DNA of 48,075 nt. It comes from an uncultured Alphaproteobacteria bacterium (GTDB taxonomy: Bacteria; Pseudomonadota; Alphaproteobacteria; VGEJ01). The stretch spans positions 1-48,075 of the forward strand of contig CAYUNL010000001.1 in assembly GCA_964446055.1 (NCBI GenBank), read 5' to 3'. The translations under genes were made by a program, and so were the position numbers. This document shows, piece after piece, positions 9,233 through 18,171 of the stretch; positions within the stretch are counted from its first letter, which is position 1; every line of letters begins with the position of its first letter. The notes under the pieces are model-generated. The model was not told the DNA's origin. It saw only the letters and a list, made by a program, of their open reading frames with translations, and made no database searches.

Positions 9233-10924
9233 GTGGGTGCGAAGATAGATTGGATCGCGAGGGCTCGGCTTACGAGCGGCGTGGTGCTGTTCGTCTTCGT
9301 CGCCAGCCATCTTCTGAACCACGCGCTCGGCATCATCTCGCTCGCCACCATGGAGGCCGGCCGCGAGGTGTTCTTGGCGGTCTGGCGCAACCCCGTCGGC
9401 TCCATCGTGCTGATCGCGTCGCTGCTGATCCATTTCGGACTCGTCCTCTACACCATGTTTCGGCGACGTACGCTGCGCATGCCGGTTCGCGAGGCGCTGC
9501 AGATCGTCGCCGGTCTGGCGATCCCGCCCCTCCTTGCGGTTCACGTCATCGGCACTTGGGGACTGAACCAAAACTTCGGCGTTACGGACCTCTACGCCTA
9601 TGTCGTGATGGCCATTTGGGTGTTCGAGCCAGTGGAGGGCCTGAAACAAACGATCGCGCTGCTGATCGCCTGGTTCCACGGCTGCGTCGGTCTGCATTAC
9701 TGGCTCAAGTTCAAGCCCTGGTACCCGAAGGTCGGCGGCACCCTGTTCGCCCTGGCGATGTTGTGGCCCGCCTTCGCGCTATTCGGCTTCGCCAGCGCCG
9801 GCCGCGAGGTGACCATCCTGATGCACGATCAGGAGTGGCTGGACGCGGTACGGGCCGCCATCGGCGGCCCCGACGAGGCCGGCGTCAGCTGGGCGCTGGC
9901 GGCGATCCGGAACAGCTACTGGGGGCTGGCGGTCATTCTTGTGGCGGTGCTGGCCCTGCGCTGGATCCGCATGACGATGCGCCGGGCGTCCGAGCTTACG
10001 CTCAGCTATCCCGACGGGTGCGCCCTGACCGTGCGGCGGGGCATCTCGATCTTGGAGGCGAGCCGCGACGCCGGTATTCCTCACGCCTCGGTATGCGGCG
10101 GGCGCGGCCGGTGCTCGACCTGCCGGGTGCGGGTCGGCAACGGCAAAGAGCACCTGCCGCCACCGGGCGAGGACGAGGCCCGGGTCTTGAAGCGGGTCGG
10201 CGCGGCGGCCAACGTCCGACTTGCCTGTCAGATACGGCCCATCAACGACCTTACGGTCACGCCGCTTTTGCCGGCCGCGGCGCAAGCCAGCGACGGCCAC
10301 GCCCGGCCCGCCTTTATCGAGGGCAGCGAACGCGAGATCGCCATCATGTTCGTCGATATACGCGCGTTCACCCAAATGGCCGAAAAGAAGCTCCCCTACG
10401 ACACCGTGTTCGTGCTGAACCAGTACTTCCGCACCATGGGCACCGCGGTCGAGGAAGCGGGCGGACGGCTCGACAAGTTCATCGGCGACGGCGTGATGGC
10501 GTTGTTCGGCATGGACGGCGATGCAGCCGAGGGATGCCGCAGTGCGTTGATCGCGGCCCGGGCGATGTCGGCCTCGCTCCAGGATCTGAACGCGAATCTC
10601 AAAGAGGACCTGGACGAGGCCATCCGCATCGGCATCGGCATCCACGCCGGTCCGGTGATCGTCGGCGAGATGGGCTATGCGGCGGTGCGCTCGGTGACCG
10701 CGGTCGGCGACGCCGTCAACACCGCGAGCCGGCTGGAGACGGCGAACAAAGACTTCAAAAGCCAGTTGGTGGTCTCGGCCGAGGTGGTCGAGCGGGCCGC
10801 GGTCGATCTTTCCCAGTTTCCGCTGCAGGAGATCTCGATTCGCGGCCGCGACGAGCAGGTTGCCGTCCACGTCCTGGACGATGCCACGAAACTGCCCGAG
10901 ATCGCCGCCGCCAAGGCGGCCTGA
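9233..10924 (+). CDS. Polytopic His-rich membrane domain + 2Fe-2S ferredoxin domain + class III adenylate/guanylate cyclase
   Basis: About 7 hydrophobic helices in the first ~250 aa, with His in several (SHLLNH, LLIHFG, LAVHVIG, WFHGCVGLHYW). Ferredoxin Cys cluster VCGGRGRCSTCRV...RLACQ. Cyclase motifs IAIMFVDIRAFT, KFIGDGVMALFG, VGDAVNTASRLE. GTG start per the ORF track. Confidence 0.85.
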   Translation: MGAKIDWIARARLTSGVVLFVFVASHLLNHALGIISLATMEAGREVFLAVWRNPVGSIVLIASLLIHFGLVLYTMFRRRTLRMPVREALQIVAGLAIPPLLAVHVIGTWGLNQNFGVTDLYAYVVMAIWVFEPVEGLKQTIALLIAWFHGCVGLHYWLKFKPWYPKVGGTLFALAMLWPAFALFGFASAGREVTILMHDQEWLDAVRAAIGGPDEAGVSWALAAIRNSYWGLAVILVAVLALRWIRMTMRRASELTLSYPDGCALTVRRGISILEASRDAGIPHASVCGGRGRCSTCRVRVGNGKEHLPPPGEDEARVLKRVGAAANVRLACQIRPINDLTVTPLLPAAAQASDGHARPAFIEGSEREIAIMFVDIRAFTQMAEKKLPYDTVFVLNQYFRTMGTAVEEAGGRLDKFIGDGVMALFGMDGDAAEGCRSALIAARAMSASLQDLNANLKEDLDEAIRIGIGIHAGPVIVGEMGYAAVRSVTAVGDAVNTASRLETANKDFKSQLVVSAEVVERAAVDLSQFPLQEISIRGRDEQVAVHVLDDATKLPEIAAAKAA

Positions 10925-10933
10925 AAGCCCGAA

Positions 10934-11296
10934 CTAGGAGCGCGCGAGCATCGGGCCGAGGTTGCGGCCGGCGAAGATGTGGACGTGGAAGTGAGGGACT
11001 TCCTGATTGGCGTCGGCGCCGTGGTTGGCGAGGATGCGGTAGCCTTGGGCAGCGAGGCCGAGGGTTCGGGCGACCGTGCCCACGGCGGCGAAGAACCCGC
11101 TCACCGTCTCGGCGGGCGCCGAAGCCGTGAAGTCGTCGAAAGAGACGTACGCGCCCTTGGGAATGACGAGGACATGGACCGGGGCCTGGGGGTTGATGTC
11201 GTGAAAGGCGAGCGCATGGGCGTCCTCGTGGACTTTGTTGCAGGGAATCTCGCCCCTTAGGATCTTGGCGAAAATGTTGTCATCGTCGTAGGGCAT
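10934..11296 (-). CDS. HIT-family (histidine triad) nucleotide hydrolase
   Basis: Start MPYDDDNIFAKILRGEIP (ATG 11296, in frame with track ORF). Histidine triad VPHFHVHIF. Confidence 0.9.
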   Translation of the reverse strand: MPYDDDNIFAKILRGEIPCNKVHEDAHALAFHDINPQAPVHVLVIPKGAYVSFDDFTASAPAETVSGFFAAVGTVARTLGLAAQGYRILANHGADANQEVPHFHVHIFAGRNLGPMLARS

Positions 11297-11319
11297 GGCC
11301 GATTCCTCGTGACAAACGC

Positions 11320-11892
11320 TCAGGCCGGCTTCGCCGCCGGCGCCCGCTTCTTCGCTCGCTTCTTGGATTTCGTCGTCGGCGCCAGCGCTTTGGCGTAATA
11401 GTGGCCGGGAATGTACTGTCGATTGACCAGCGCATACTTCGGCTTGACGCCCCAGCGCACGTAGCCCGCCGATTCGTAGAGCGCGATGGCGGCGTCCTGG
11501 CTGGCCCGGACGTCGAGGCTGATCTGTTTGAAGCCATGTGCGCGGGCCCAGGTCTCGACCTCGGCCAAGAGGCGCCGCGCGAGTCCGTGGCCGCGCGCCC
11601 ACGGGGTGACGAAGAATGTTGTCAAGACGGTGTTAAAGGCCGCCGCCTCGTTCGAGCGGCTGGGCTTCACCAGCTGCGCGGTACCGACGATGGTCTCGTC
11701 GAGGCGGGCGACGAACAGCTCGCGCTCGGGCACCAGCAACACCCCACGCCAGTAGGCCTCGAGCGCCGGCCGGCCGGGCGGCTTGAGCCAGTCGAAGCCG
11801 AGCCCGTCGATGATCGCCTCATCGGTCGCCTGGCACAGGTCATGGCAGTCGGAGCCGGCGAACTCGCGGATGCGCTCGACGCTGGTCTTCAT
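11320..11892 (-). CDS. GNAT-family N-acetyltransferase with Lys-rich C-terminal tail
   Basis: Start MKTSVERI (ATG 11892). Acetyl-CoA-binding-like region VTPWARGHGLARRLLAEVETWARAHG. Tail KSKKRAKKRAPAAKPA. Lies 23 nt upstream of the HIT gene. Confidence 0.8.
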   Translation of the reverse strand: MKTSVERIREFAGSDCHDLCQATDEAIIDGLGFDWLKPPGRPALEAYWRGVLLVPERELFVARLDETIVGTAQLVKPSRSNEAAAFNTVLTTFFVTPWARGHGLARRLLAEVETWARAHGFKQISLDVRASQDAAIALYESAGYVRWGVKPKYALVNRQYIPGHYYAKALAPTTKSKKRAKKRAPAAKPA

Positions 11893-12049
11893 GCGCGCCC
11901 GCGCTGCCGCGTCCGGGTGTCGCGGGGCCCGCGTCTCGAAGAGATCGGGATCGGCATCAGGGCCGCTATTAAACACCAAGACCCGAGCCGCACCAACCAC
12001 CCACCGCAACCCGTGCCGCGCCCCCGGTGCGCGGCCGCCGCACCTAGCT

Positions 12050-12077
12050 CTTGATCCGCGCCGGGGCGTCACCACAT
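12050..12077 (+). promoter_or_regulatory. Candidate sigma-32 (heat-shock) promoter for hslVU
   Basis: CTTGAT (12050-12055), 14-nt spacer, CACCACAT (12070-12077). Compared with the remembered CTTGAA-N13-15-CCCCATNT consensus. About 155 nt upstream of the hslV ATG. By-eye match only. Confidence 0.3.
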
Positions 12078-12231
12078 GGTACAAGCGGCGGAAACGTTGG
12101 GACTTGAGCCTCGTTTCGTTCGCGCAACGGATGCCCGGCGCTCGCCGCTGTGGTACCCTCTCTGCACCCCCGATCTTCGGCTTTTGGGACCCCCAAACAC
12201 CGCCGAGCGAAACAGAGCGGCAAGGCGATAA

Positions 12232-12774
12232 ATGGCGGACAACACCTCGATGCACGGCACGACGGTCCTTTCGGTGCGCAAAGGCGGCAAGGTCGTCGTG
12301 GCCGGCGACGGGCAGGTTTCGATCGGCCAGACGATCGTCAAGGCCAACGCGCGCAAGGTGCGCAGACTTGCCGAAGGCAAAGTGGTGGCCGGATTTGCAG
12401 GCGCCACGGCGGACGCGTTTACGCTGTTCGAGCGGCTCGAGGGAAAACTCGAGCAGCACACCGGTCAGCTGACCCGCGCCTGCGTCGAGTTGGCCAAGGA
12501 CTGGCGCACCGACCGCTACCTTCGACGCCTTGAGGCGATGATGGCGGTCGTCGATTCCGAGGTTAGTCTTCTTCTGAGCGGTCAGGGCGATGTCTTGGAG
12601 CCCGAAGACGGCTTGATCGGCATCGGTTCCGGCGGAAACTTCGCGCTTGCCGCCGCGCGGGCGCTGATGGACCGCGATGACCTGGACGCCGAGGCCGTGG
12701 CCCGCCGGGCGCTGGCCATCGCCGCGGGCATCTGCATCTACACCAACGAATCCGTTACGCTCGAAACGCTGTGA
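12232..12774 (+). CDS. hslV: ATP-dependent protease subunit HslV
   Basis: N-terminal catalytic Thr context [24 protein letters not shown] and [18 protein letters not shown] overlap with hslU. Confidence 0.95.
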   Translation: MADNTSMHGTTVLSVRKGGKVVVAGDGQVSIGQTIVKANARKVRRLAEGKVVAGFAGATADAFTLFERLEGKLEQHTGQLTRACVELAKDWRTDRYLRRLEAMMAVVDSEVSLLLSGQGDVLEPEDGLIGIGSGGNFALAAARALMDRDDLDAEAVARRALAIAAGICIYTNESVTLETL

Positions 12775-14096
12775 CCACCTCGACCACGAACGCCTTCACT
12801 CCGCGCGAGATCGTCTCCGAGCTGGACCGCTACATCATCGGCCAGGACGACGCCAAGCGAGCGGTGGCGATCGCGCTCCGCAACCGCTGGCGGCGCCAGC
12901 AGCTTGGCGAGGAATTGCGCGAAGAGGTGCTGCCGAAGAACATCTTGATGATCGGACCGACGGGCGTCGGCAAGACCGAGATCTCGCGGCGTCTGGCCCG
13001 GCTCGCGCAGGCGCCGTTCCTCAAGGTCGAGGCAACCAAGTTTACCGAGGTCGGCTACGTCGGCCGCGATGTCGAGCAAATCATTCGCGATCTGGTGGAG
13101 ATCGCCATTCACATGGTGCGCGAGAAAGGCCGCGCCGAGGTCCACGCCAAGGCGGAGATCGCAGCCGAGGAAAGGGTGCTGGACGGCTTGGTGGGCGAAA
13201 ACGCTGGCACCGATACCCGCGCCAAGTTCCGACAGATGCTGCGGGCGGGCGAGCTGGACGACAAGGAGATCGAGGTCGAGGTCTCCGAATCCGGCGGCGG
13301 CGGCTTGCCGACGTTCGACATCCCCGGCGTTCCCGGCGCCCAGATGGGCATGATCAACCTCAACGAAGTGTTGGGAAAGGCCTTTGGCCAGCGCACGAAA
13401 CCCAAGCGCCTGAGCGTCGCGGAGTCCTACGAGGTGCTGGTCTCGGAGGAGAGCGACAAGCTGGTGGACGGTGACAAGATCGTCCAGGAGGCGATCGGGC
13501 TGGTCGAACAGAACGGCATCGTTTTCCTCGACGAGATCGACAAGATCACGGCGCGCTCGGAACGCTATGGCGCCGATGTCAGCCGCGAGGGCGTGCAGCG
13601 CGACCTCTTGCCGCTGATCGAAGGCACGACCGTCGCGACCAAGCACGGGGCGGTGCGCACCGACCACGTCCTATTCGTCGCCTCGGGGGCCTTCCACCTC
13701 GCCAAGCCCTCGGACCTATTGCCAGAGCTTCAGGGGCGCCTGCCGATCCGGGTCGAGCTCAAGGCGCTGAACCGTGACGATTTCAAGCGCATCCTGGTGG
13801 AACCCGAGGCCAGCCTGATCACCCAGTACGTGGCGCTGATGGAGACCGAGCAGGTTACGCTCGTGTTCACCGACGATGCGGTCGAAGAGATCGCCAAGCT
13901 GGCCGCCGAAGTCAACGCGAGCGTCGAGAACATCGGCGCCCGGCGGCTGCACACAGTGATGGAGCGGCTGCTGGACGAGATCAGCTTCACCGCCACCGAC
14001 CAGCCGGGCGTCACCGTGACGATCGACGCGGCCTACGTCGCGGCCCAGGTCGGCGATCTGGCCAAGGACACCGATTTGTCGCGGTTCATCCTCTGA
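12771..14096 (+). CDS. hslU: ATP-dependent protease ATPase subunit HslU
   Basis: [33 protein letters not shown], Walker [16 protein letters not shown], Walker [10 protein letters not shown]. Confidence 0.96.
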   Translation: MTTSTTNAFTPREIVSELDRYIIGQDDAKRAVAIALRNRWRRQQLGEELREEVLPKNILMIGPTGVGKTEISRRLARLAQAPFLKVEATKFTEVGYVGRDVEQIIRDLVEIAIHMVREKGRAEVHAKAEIAAEERVLDGLVGENAGTDTRAKFRQMLRAGELDDKEIEVEVSESGGGGLPTFDIPGVPGAQMGMINLNEVLGKAFGQRTKPKRLSVAESYEVLVSEESDKLVDGDKIVQEAIGLVEQNGIVFLDEIDKITARSERYGADVSREGVQRDLLPLIEGTTVATKHGAVRTDHVLFVASGAFHLAKPSDLLPELQGRLPIRVELKALNRDDFKRILVEPEASLITQYVALMETEQVTLVFTDDAVEEIAKLAAEVNASVENIGARRLHTVMERLLDEISFTATDQPGVTVTIDAAYVAAQVGDLAKDTDLSRFIL

Positions 14097-14165
14097 CCAC
14101 ACAATATGTTTGACCGTATTTGCGTACACTTCTATATGTAGTGGCAGGACTCTGACCCCCGGCCC

Positions 14166-14194
14166 TCGCACCTTCGGGTGCGAAGCATCATTTT
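14166..14194 (+). terminator. Hairpin with UUCG loop and nearby T-run downstream of hslU (possible terminator)
   Basis: TCGCACC (14166-14172) / TTCG loop / GGTGCGA (14177-14183), then AGCATCATTTTC with T4 at 14191-14194. The T-run is short and offset by 7 nt. Confidence 0.4.
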
Positions 14195-14243
14195 CGGCCG
14201 CTGGGTCAGGGTCCTACCAGCTCCACAGCACGGCGATTCGGCC

Positions 14244-14600
14244 CTAACACGGCGCACCAAGGGTCTTGAGGAGAGCGGCGAGCTTGGCCTCGGAAAGCTC
14301 GCCGATGCTTGCCGCAAGCCGGTTTGCAAGCTCCGTCGCGGCGGGCGCGAGGCCGGCGGTGTCGATCCTGACCTTGGGATCGGAGAGCGCGGCCAGCCGC
14401 TCCAGCTCCTCGGCCTGGTCCCAGATGATGTTGAAGTAGGCGCAGATTTGCGTCACCAGCGCCGCCGAGGGCGGCCCGCGGCGCCCATGCTCGAAGGCCG
14501 AGAGATAGGCAGGCGAGAGCTCGAGGTCGCGCGCCATTTCGGTGAGCGTGGTGCCCCGCGCGGCCCGCAACCGACGCACCTCTTGGGCGAATGGCGTCAT
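14244..14600 (-). CDS. XRE-family helix-turn-helix transcriptional regulator
   Basis: Start MTPFAQEVRRLRAARGTTLTEMARDLELSPAYLSAFEHGRR (ATG 14600). ATGA overlap with the smr stop. Confidence 0.8.
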   Translation of the reverse strand: MTPFAQEVRRLRAARGTTLTEMARDLELSPAYLSAFEHGRRGPPSAALVTQICAYFNIIWDQAEELERLAALSDPKVRIDTAGLAPAATELANRLAASIGELSEAKLAALLKTLGAPC

Positions 14601-15214
14601 CGGCGGCGGCGGCGGAGGAGCACGTAGCGGGCGCCGGCGCCCCCGTCGCGCGGCTGCGCCGGGCAATGCGCGATTACGCGGGCGCGGTTCAGTGGATCAT
14701 CGAGCCAGGTGGGCAACGAGGCGCGCAGGATTCCAGCCGAGCGGTCGGGCATGATGCCCGCGTCTCGGGTGCGGCCGGCCGCGGTCCCGGTCACGACCAG
14801 GACGCAGCGGAGCGAGCGCCCAGCGGCCTCGCTCAAGAAACCATCGAGGGCGCGCCGCGCCTCGGCCGCGGTGTGGCCGTGCAGGTCCAGCTTCGCCTCG
14901 GGCGGCATCTTTCCGCGCCTCAGTCGTTGCGCGGTACGTTTGTCCAGGCCCGCCGTCATGCTGGAGGCCTGGGCCGGGCGAGGCGGGCGCGGCGGCGGCG
15001 CGGCTCGCGGCCTGGCGGCCGGCGGCGGTTGCGGCGCGGGCTCGGCCTTGGCCACGGCCTCGGCCAGGGCCTCGGCCACGGAGGTGGCCGGGTCCTCGGC
15101 TTCGTCTTCGGGGTCGGGTTTGGCGGTCATGGGGCTAGCGCCGCGCATGGCGTATTCGAACAGGCGCCGCTCCTCGGCGCTCGGCCGACGCTCGCCGGTG
15201 CGCTTACGCGCCAT
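14597..15214 (-). CDS. smr: Smr-domain endonuclease (SmrB-like)
   Basis: Start MARKRTGERRPSAEERRLFEYAM (ATG 15214; 15253 possible). RLRRGKMPPEAKLDLHGHT and VLVVTG...LRASLPTWL resemble E. coli SmrB (KLRRGDY..LDLHGLT). Confidence 0.8.
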   Translation of the reverse strand: MARKRTGERRPSAEERRLFEYAMRGASPMTAKPDPEDEAEDPATSVAEALAEAVAKAEPAPQPPPAARPRAAPPPRPPRPAQASSMTAGLDKRTAQRLRRGKMPPEAKLDLHGHTAAEARRALDGFLSEAAGRSLRCVLVVTGTAAGRTRDAGIMPDRSAGILRASLPTWLDDPLNRARVIAHCPAQPRDGGAGARYVLLRRRRR

Positions 15215-15911
15215 CGCCGGTCCCCGGAAGCGGTTCGTCGACGATGAGGACATGGAGCCGGCGCGGGCCGTGGGCGCCGAGTTCGATCTTGAGCGCGATG
15301 TCGGCGGTGCGCGAGGGTCCGGTGATCAGGTTCACCGTCGGCGGCATGGTGAAGCGCGCCTCGCCCCCGCGGGCCTCGCGAAGCAGCGTCCAGGCCTCTT
15401 CGTAACAACCCACGACGGCGCCCGCCGGGACGACCACGATGTGGTTTTCGGGCAGAAAACTCAGCGTCGTCGGGCTATGTCGGGACGAGGCGAGCATCAG
15501 CGTACCGGTCTCGGCAATGCCCGCATCGGCGAGGGCCAGGCCGGCCGCGTCGTGCGCCTGCGCACCGTCGAGGCGTACGCCGAGGAGCGGCTCGTCGGTC
15601 CAGGGGATCGCGGCGAGGCGGGGGTCCGGTGCGACCGCGAGGCCGCTCGGCAGGTTGTGGGCGCCGAGCCAACGCGCCACCGTGGCGGGGACTTGGGCCC
15701 AACGCTCGAGCCGCGTTACCTCGCACTGTGCCGCCTCGGCCATCTCGGCAAAGAGTGCGAGGCGCGCGCCGCCCTCGGCCTTCGCCCGCGCCGGTACCAG
15801 GTTCGGGCGGTGTGCGGCGAGGCGGGCGTCGAGTTCGGCAAACGGCGGCGGGCCGGCGCGCCCGAGACGGGCGCGAACCAGGCCGAGAATGCGGGCACGC
15901 GCGCCCGTCAT
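15204..15911 (-). CDS. lutC: Lactate utilisation protein C (LUD domain)
   Basis: Start MTGARARILG (ATG 15911, ATGA overlap with the lutB stop). LUD-domain-like IAETGTLMLASS...TTLSFLPENHIVVV and ITGPSRTADI. Confidence 0.8.
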   Translation of the reverse strand: MTGARARILGLVRARLGRAGPPPFAELDARLAAHRPNLVPARAKAEGGARLALFAEMAEAAQCEVTRLERWAQVPATVARWLGAHNLPSGLAVAPDPRLAAIPWTDEPLLGVRLDGAQAHDAAGLALADAGIAETGTLMLASSRHSPTTLSFLPENHIVVVPAGAVVGCYEEAWTLLREARGGEARFTMPPTVNLITGPSRTADIALKIELGAHGPRRLHVLIVDEPLPGTGDGA

Positions 15912-17332
15912 CCGCGGCCGCCCCCGGTGGCACGCCAGATCTGCTGGAAGGTCGCACCCTCGGGCGCCGGCAGGTCGCGACCGGCGGTCCAGGCGGCCGC
16001 CCCGGGAAGGCGTTGCAGGCGCCCGCGTCGCCCCGCAAGCAGGCGGAGGAGCTTCGCCGCCAGCCCGAGGCCGAGGCGGTAGAGCGCCGGCCGCAGCGCG
16101 AGGAAGGCCCATGCCCGAACGCCCGTGCGTTCCAGGCGCGGACTTAGTGCCGCGGCGTAGGCGCGCTCGCGCCAGTAGCGCATCAATTTGGGAAGCGGAA
16201 TGCGCACCGGGCAGACTTCTTCGCAGCGACCGCAGAAACTGGAGGCGCTGGGCAGGTGATGGGCGTGCTCGATCCCCTGGAGCGCAGGCGTCAGCACCGC
16301 ACCCATCGGCCCCGAGTAGACCCAGCCGTAGGCGTGGCCGCCGACCGCGGCGTAGACCGGACAGTGGTTGAGACAGGCGCCGCAACGGATGCAGCGCAAT
16401 ATGTCCTGGAGCTCGGTGCCGAGCAGCTTGGCGCGGCCGTTGTCGAGCAAGACCACGTGGAATTCCTCCGGTCCGTCGCGCTCGCCCTCGGCGCGCGGGC
16501 CGCTGGCGAAGGTGGTATAGACCGAGAACTCCTGGCCGGTGGCCGAGCGCGCGAGCACGCGCAGCAGCGTGGTCGCATCCTCGAGCGTCGGCACGAGCTT
16601 GTCGATCGAGGCGGTGACGATGTGGGTTCGCGGCAGGGTGCGCGCAAGGTCGGCATTACCCTCGTTGGTGACGATGACCGCCGAGCCGGTCTCGGCGATC
16701 AGGAAGTTGGCCCCGGTGATGCCGACGTCGGCGTCGAAATAGCGTTGGCGTAGGAGCTCGCGACCCTCGGCCACCATCTCGGGCGCCTCGGTAAGCCGCT
16801 CGGTTTTTCCATACTTCCGGTGGTGCTCGAAGAAGAGCGCGCCGATCTGGTCCTTGGTCTTGTGCACCGCGGGCGCGATGATGTGGCTGGGCGGCTCGCC
16901 GGCGATCTGGATGATGTATTCGCCGAGGTCGGTCTCCACCGGCTCGATGCCATTCCTTTCGAGGAATTCGTTGAGGCCGATCTCCTCGCCGATCATCGAT
17001 TTGCCCTTGGTGACGGTGCCTGCGCCAGCCGCCCGGCAAAGCTCCAAGATGGTGCGCCGCGCCTCGTCCGGGGTTTCGCACCAGTGCACCTTCCCACCCT
17101 GGCGAACCAGCGTTTCCTCGAAGCGCTCGAGGTAGTAGTCGAGGTTGGCGAGCACGTGATCCTTGATGTCGCGGGCCTGATCGCGCAGCCGGTCGAACTC
17201 AGGCAACCGCTCGACCGCTTGGGCGCGGCGTCCGGCGAAGTTCTGCTCGAGTGCGGCGAGCGCCTGGCGGAGATCGCCATCGCCGAGCGCGCGGGCAGCG
17301 TTTTCTTTGAACGCGGGGCTGGTGATCTTCAT
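15908..17332 (-). CDS. lutB: Lactate utilisation protein B (4Fe-4S, LUD domain)
   Basis: Start MKITSPAFKENA (ATG 17332, ATGA overlap with the lutA stop). Two ferredoxin-type clusters CIRCGACLNHCPVY and CGRCEEVCPVRI. LUD-like GITGANFLIAETGSAVIVTNEGN. Confidence 0.88.
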   Translation of the reverse strand: MKITSPAFKENAARALGDGDLRQALAALEQNFAGRRAQAVERLPEFDRLRDQARDIKDHVLANLDYYLERFEETLVRQGGKVHWCETPDEARRTILELCRAAGAGTVTKGKSMIGEEIGLNEFLERNGIEPVETDLGEYIIQIAGEPPSHIIAPAVHKTKDQIGALFFEHHRKYGKTERLTEAPEMVAEGRELLRQRYFDADVGITGANFLIAETGSAVIVTNEGNADLARTLPRTHIVTASIDKLVPTLEDATTLLRVLARSATGQEFSVYTTFASGPRAEGERDGPEEFHVVLLDNGRAKLLGTELQDILRCIRCGACLNHCPVYAAVGGHAYGWVYSGPMGAVLTPALQGIEHAHHLPSASSFCGRCEEVCPVRIPLPKLMRYWRERAYAAALSPRLERTGVRAWAFLALRPALYRLGLGLAAKLLRLLAGRRGRLQRLPGAAAWTAGRDLPAPEGATFQQIWRATGGGRG

Positions 17333-18093
17333 CCGTACGACTCGCCGATCGGCGGCGCCGCGGTCTCGCCGGCCAGCACCTCGGCGACATGACGGACGCG
17401 GACGGCGCTGCCCTCGCGCTTGAGCTTGCCGGCGAGGTTCAGGAGGCAGCCAAGATCGCCACCCAGCAGGGTGCCCGCGCCGCTCTCCCGCACCGAACGC
17501 GCTTTGCGCGCCGCCATCTCGACCGAGACGGGCGCGTACTTGACGCAAAAAGTGCCGCCGAATCCGCAACAGGTTTCGGGCGCGTCGAGCTCGTCGAGGG
17601 CTAGGCCCTCGACCGTGGCGAGCAGCGCACGCGGCTGGTCGCGGACGTCAAGCTCGCGCAGCGAGGAGCATGAATCGTGGTAGGTCACCCGGTCGGCGTA
17701 GGCGGCGTCCACGCCCTTGCACCCGCACACGTCGGTGAGGAAAGAGACCAGCTCATGGGTGCGCGCGCTCAAGTCCTCGGCGCGGGCGGCCCACGCCGGC
17801 TCGTCGGCGAACAGCGCCGGATAATGCCGCCGCACCATGCCCGCGCAACTGCCCGACGGTGCGACCACGTAGTCGAACCCGGCGAACGCGGCGATGGTGC
17901 ATCGGGCGATGGCTTTGGCACGGGCGCGGGCGCCGGCGTTGTAGGCGGGCTGGCCGCAGCAGGTCTGAACCGGCACCGAGACCTCGCAGCCGGCCCGGCG
18001 CAGGAGCTTGACCGCGGCAAAGCCGACGCTCGGGCGGAACAAGTCCACGAGACAGGTTACGAACAGCGCGACGTTGTGCGGCGGCTTGGGCAT
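17329..18093 (-). CDS. lutA: Lactate utilisation protein A, (Fe-S)-binding CCG-domain oxidoreductase
   Basis: VALFVTCLVDLFRP, two Cys-rich CCG motifs (QTCCGQPAYN, ETCCGFGGTF). First gene of the lutABC string. Confidence 0.88.
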   Translation of the reverse strand: MPKPPHNVALFVTCLVDLFRPSVGFAAVKLLRRAGCEVSVPVQTCCGQPAYNAGARARAKAIARCTIAAFAGFDYVVAPSGSCAGMVRRHYPALFADEPAWAARAEDLSARTHELVSFLTDVCGCKGVDAAYADRVTYHDSCSSLRELDVRDQPRALLATVEGLALDELDAPETCCGFGGTFCVKYAPVSVEMAARKARSVRESGAGTLLGGDLGCLLNLAGKLKREGSAVRVRHVAEVLAGETAAPPIGESYG

Positions 18094-18171
18094 GGCGGAT
18101 GTGGTGGCGCGGCGGGATTAAAGCTCAATTGCCTGAGTGCACGCAAGGCGACGCAGACGCCGCCGCCGCGT

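Noticed and set aside
9250-11130. 626-aa plus-strand ORF in an alternative frame of the cyclase gene, running on across the HIT gene
   Set aside because: Translation is dominated by Arg/Gly/Pro. The other frame carries clear ferredoxin and cyclase motifs. High-GC frame artefact.
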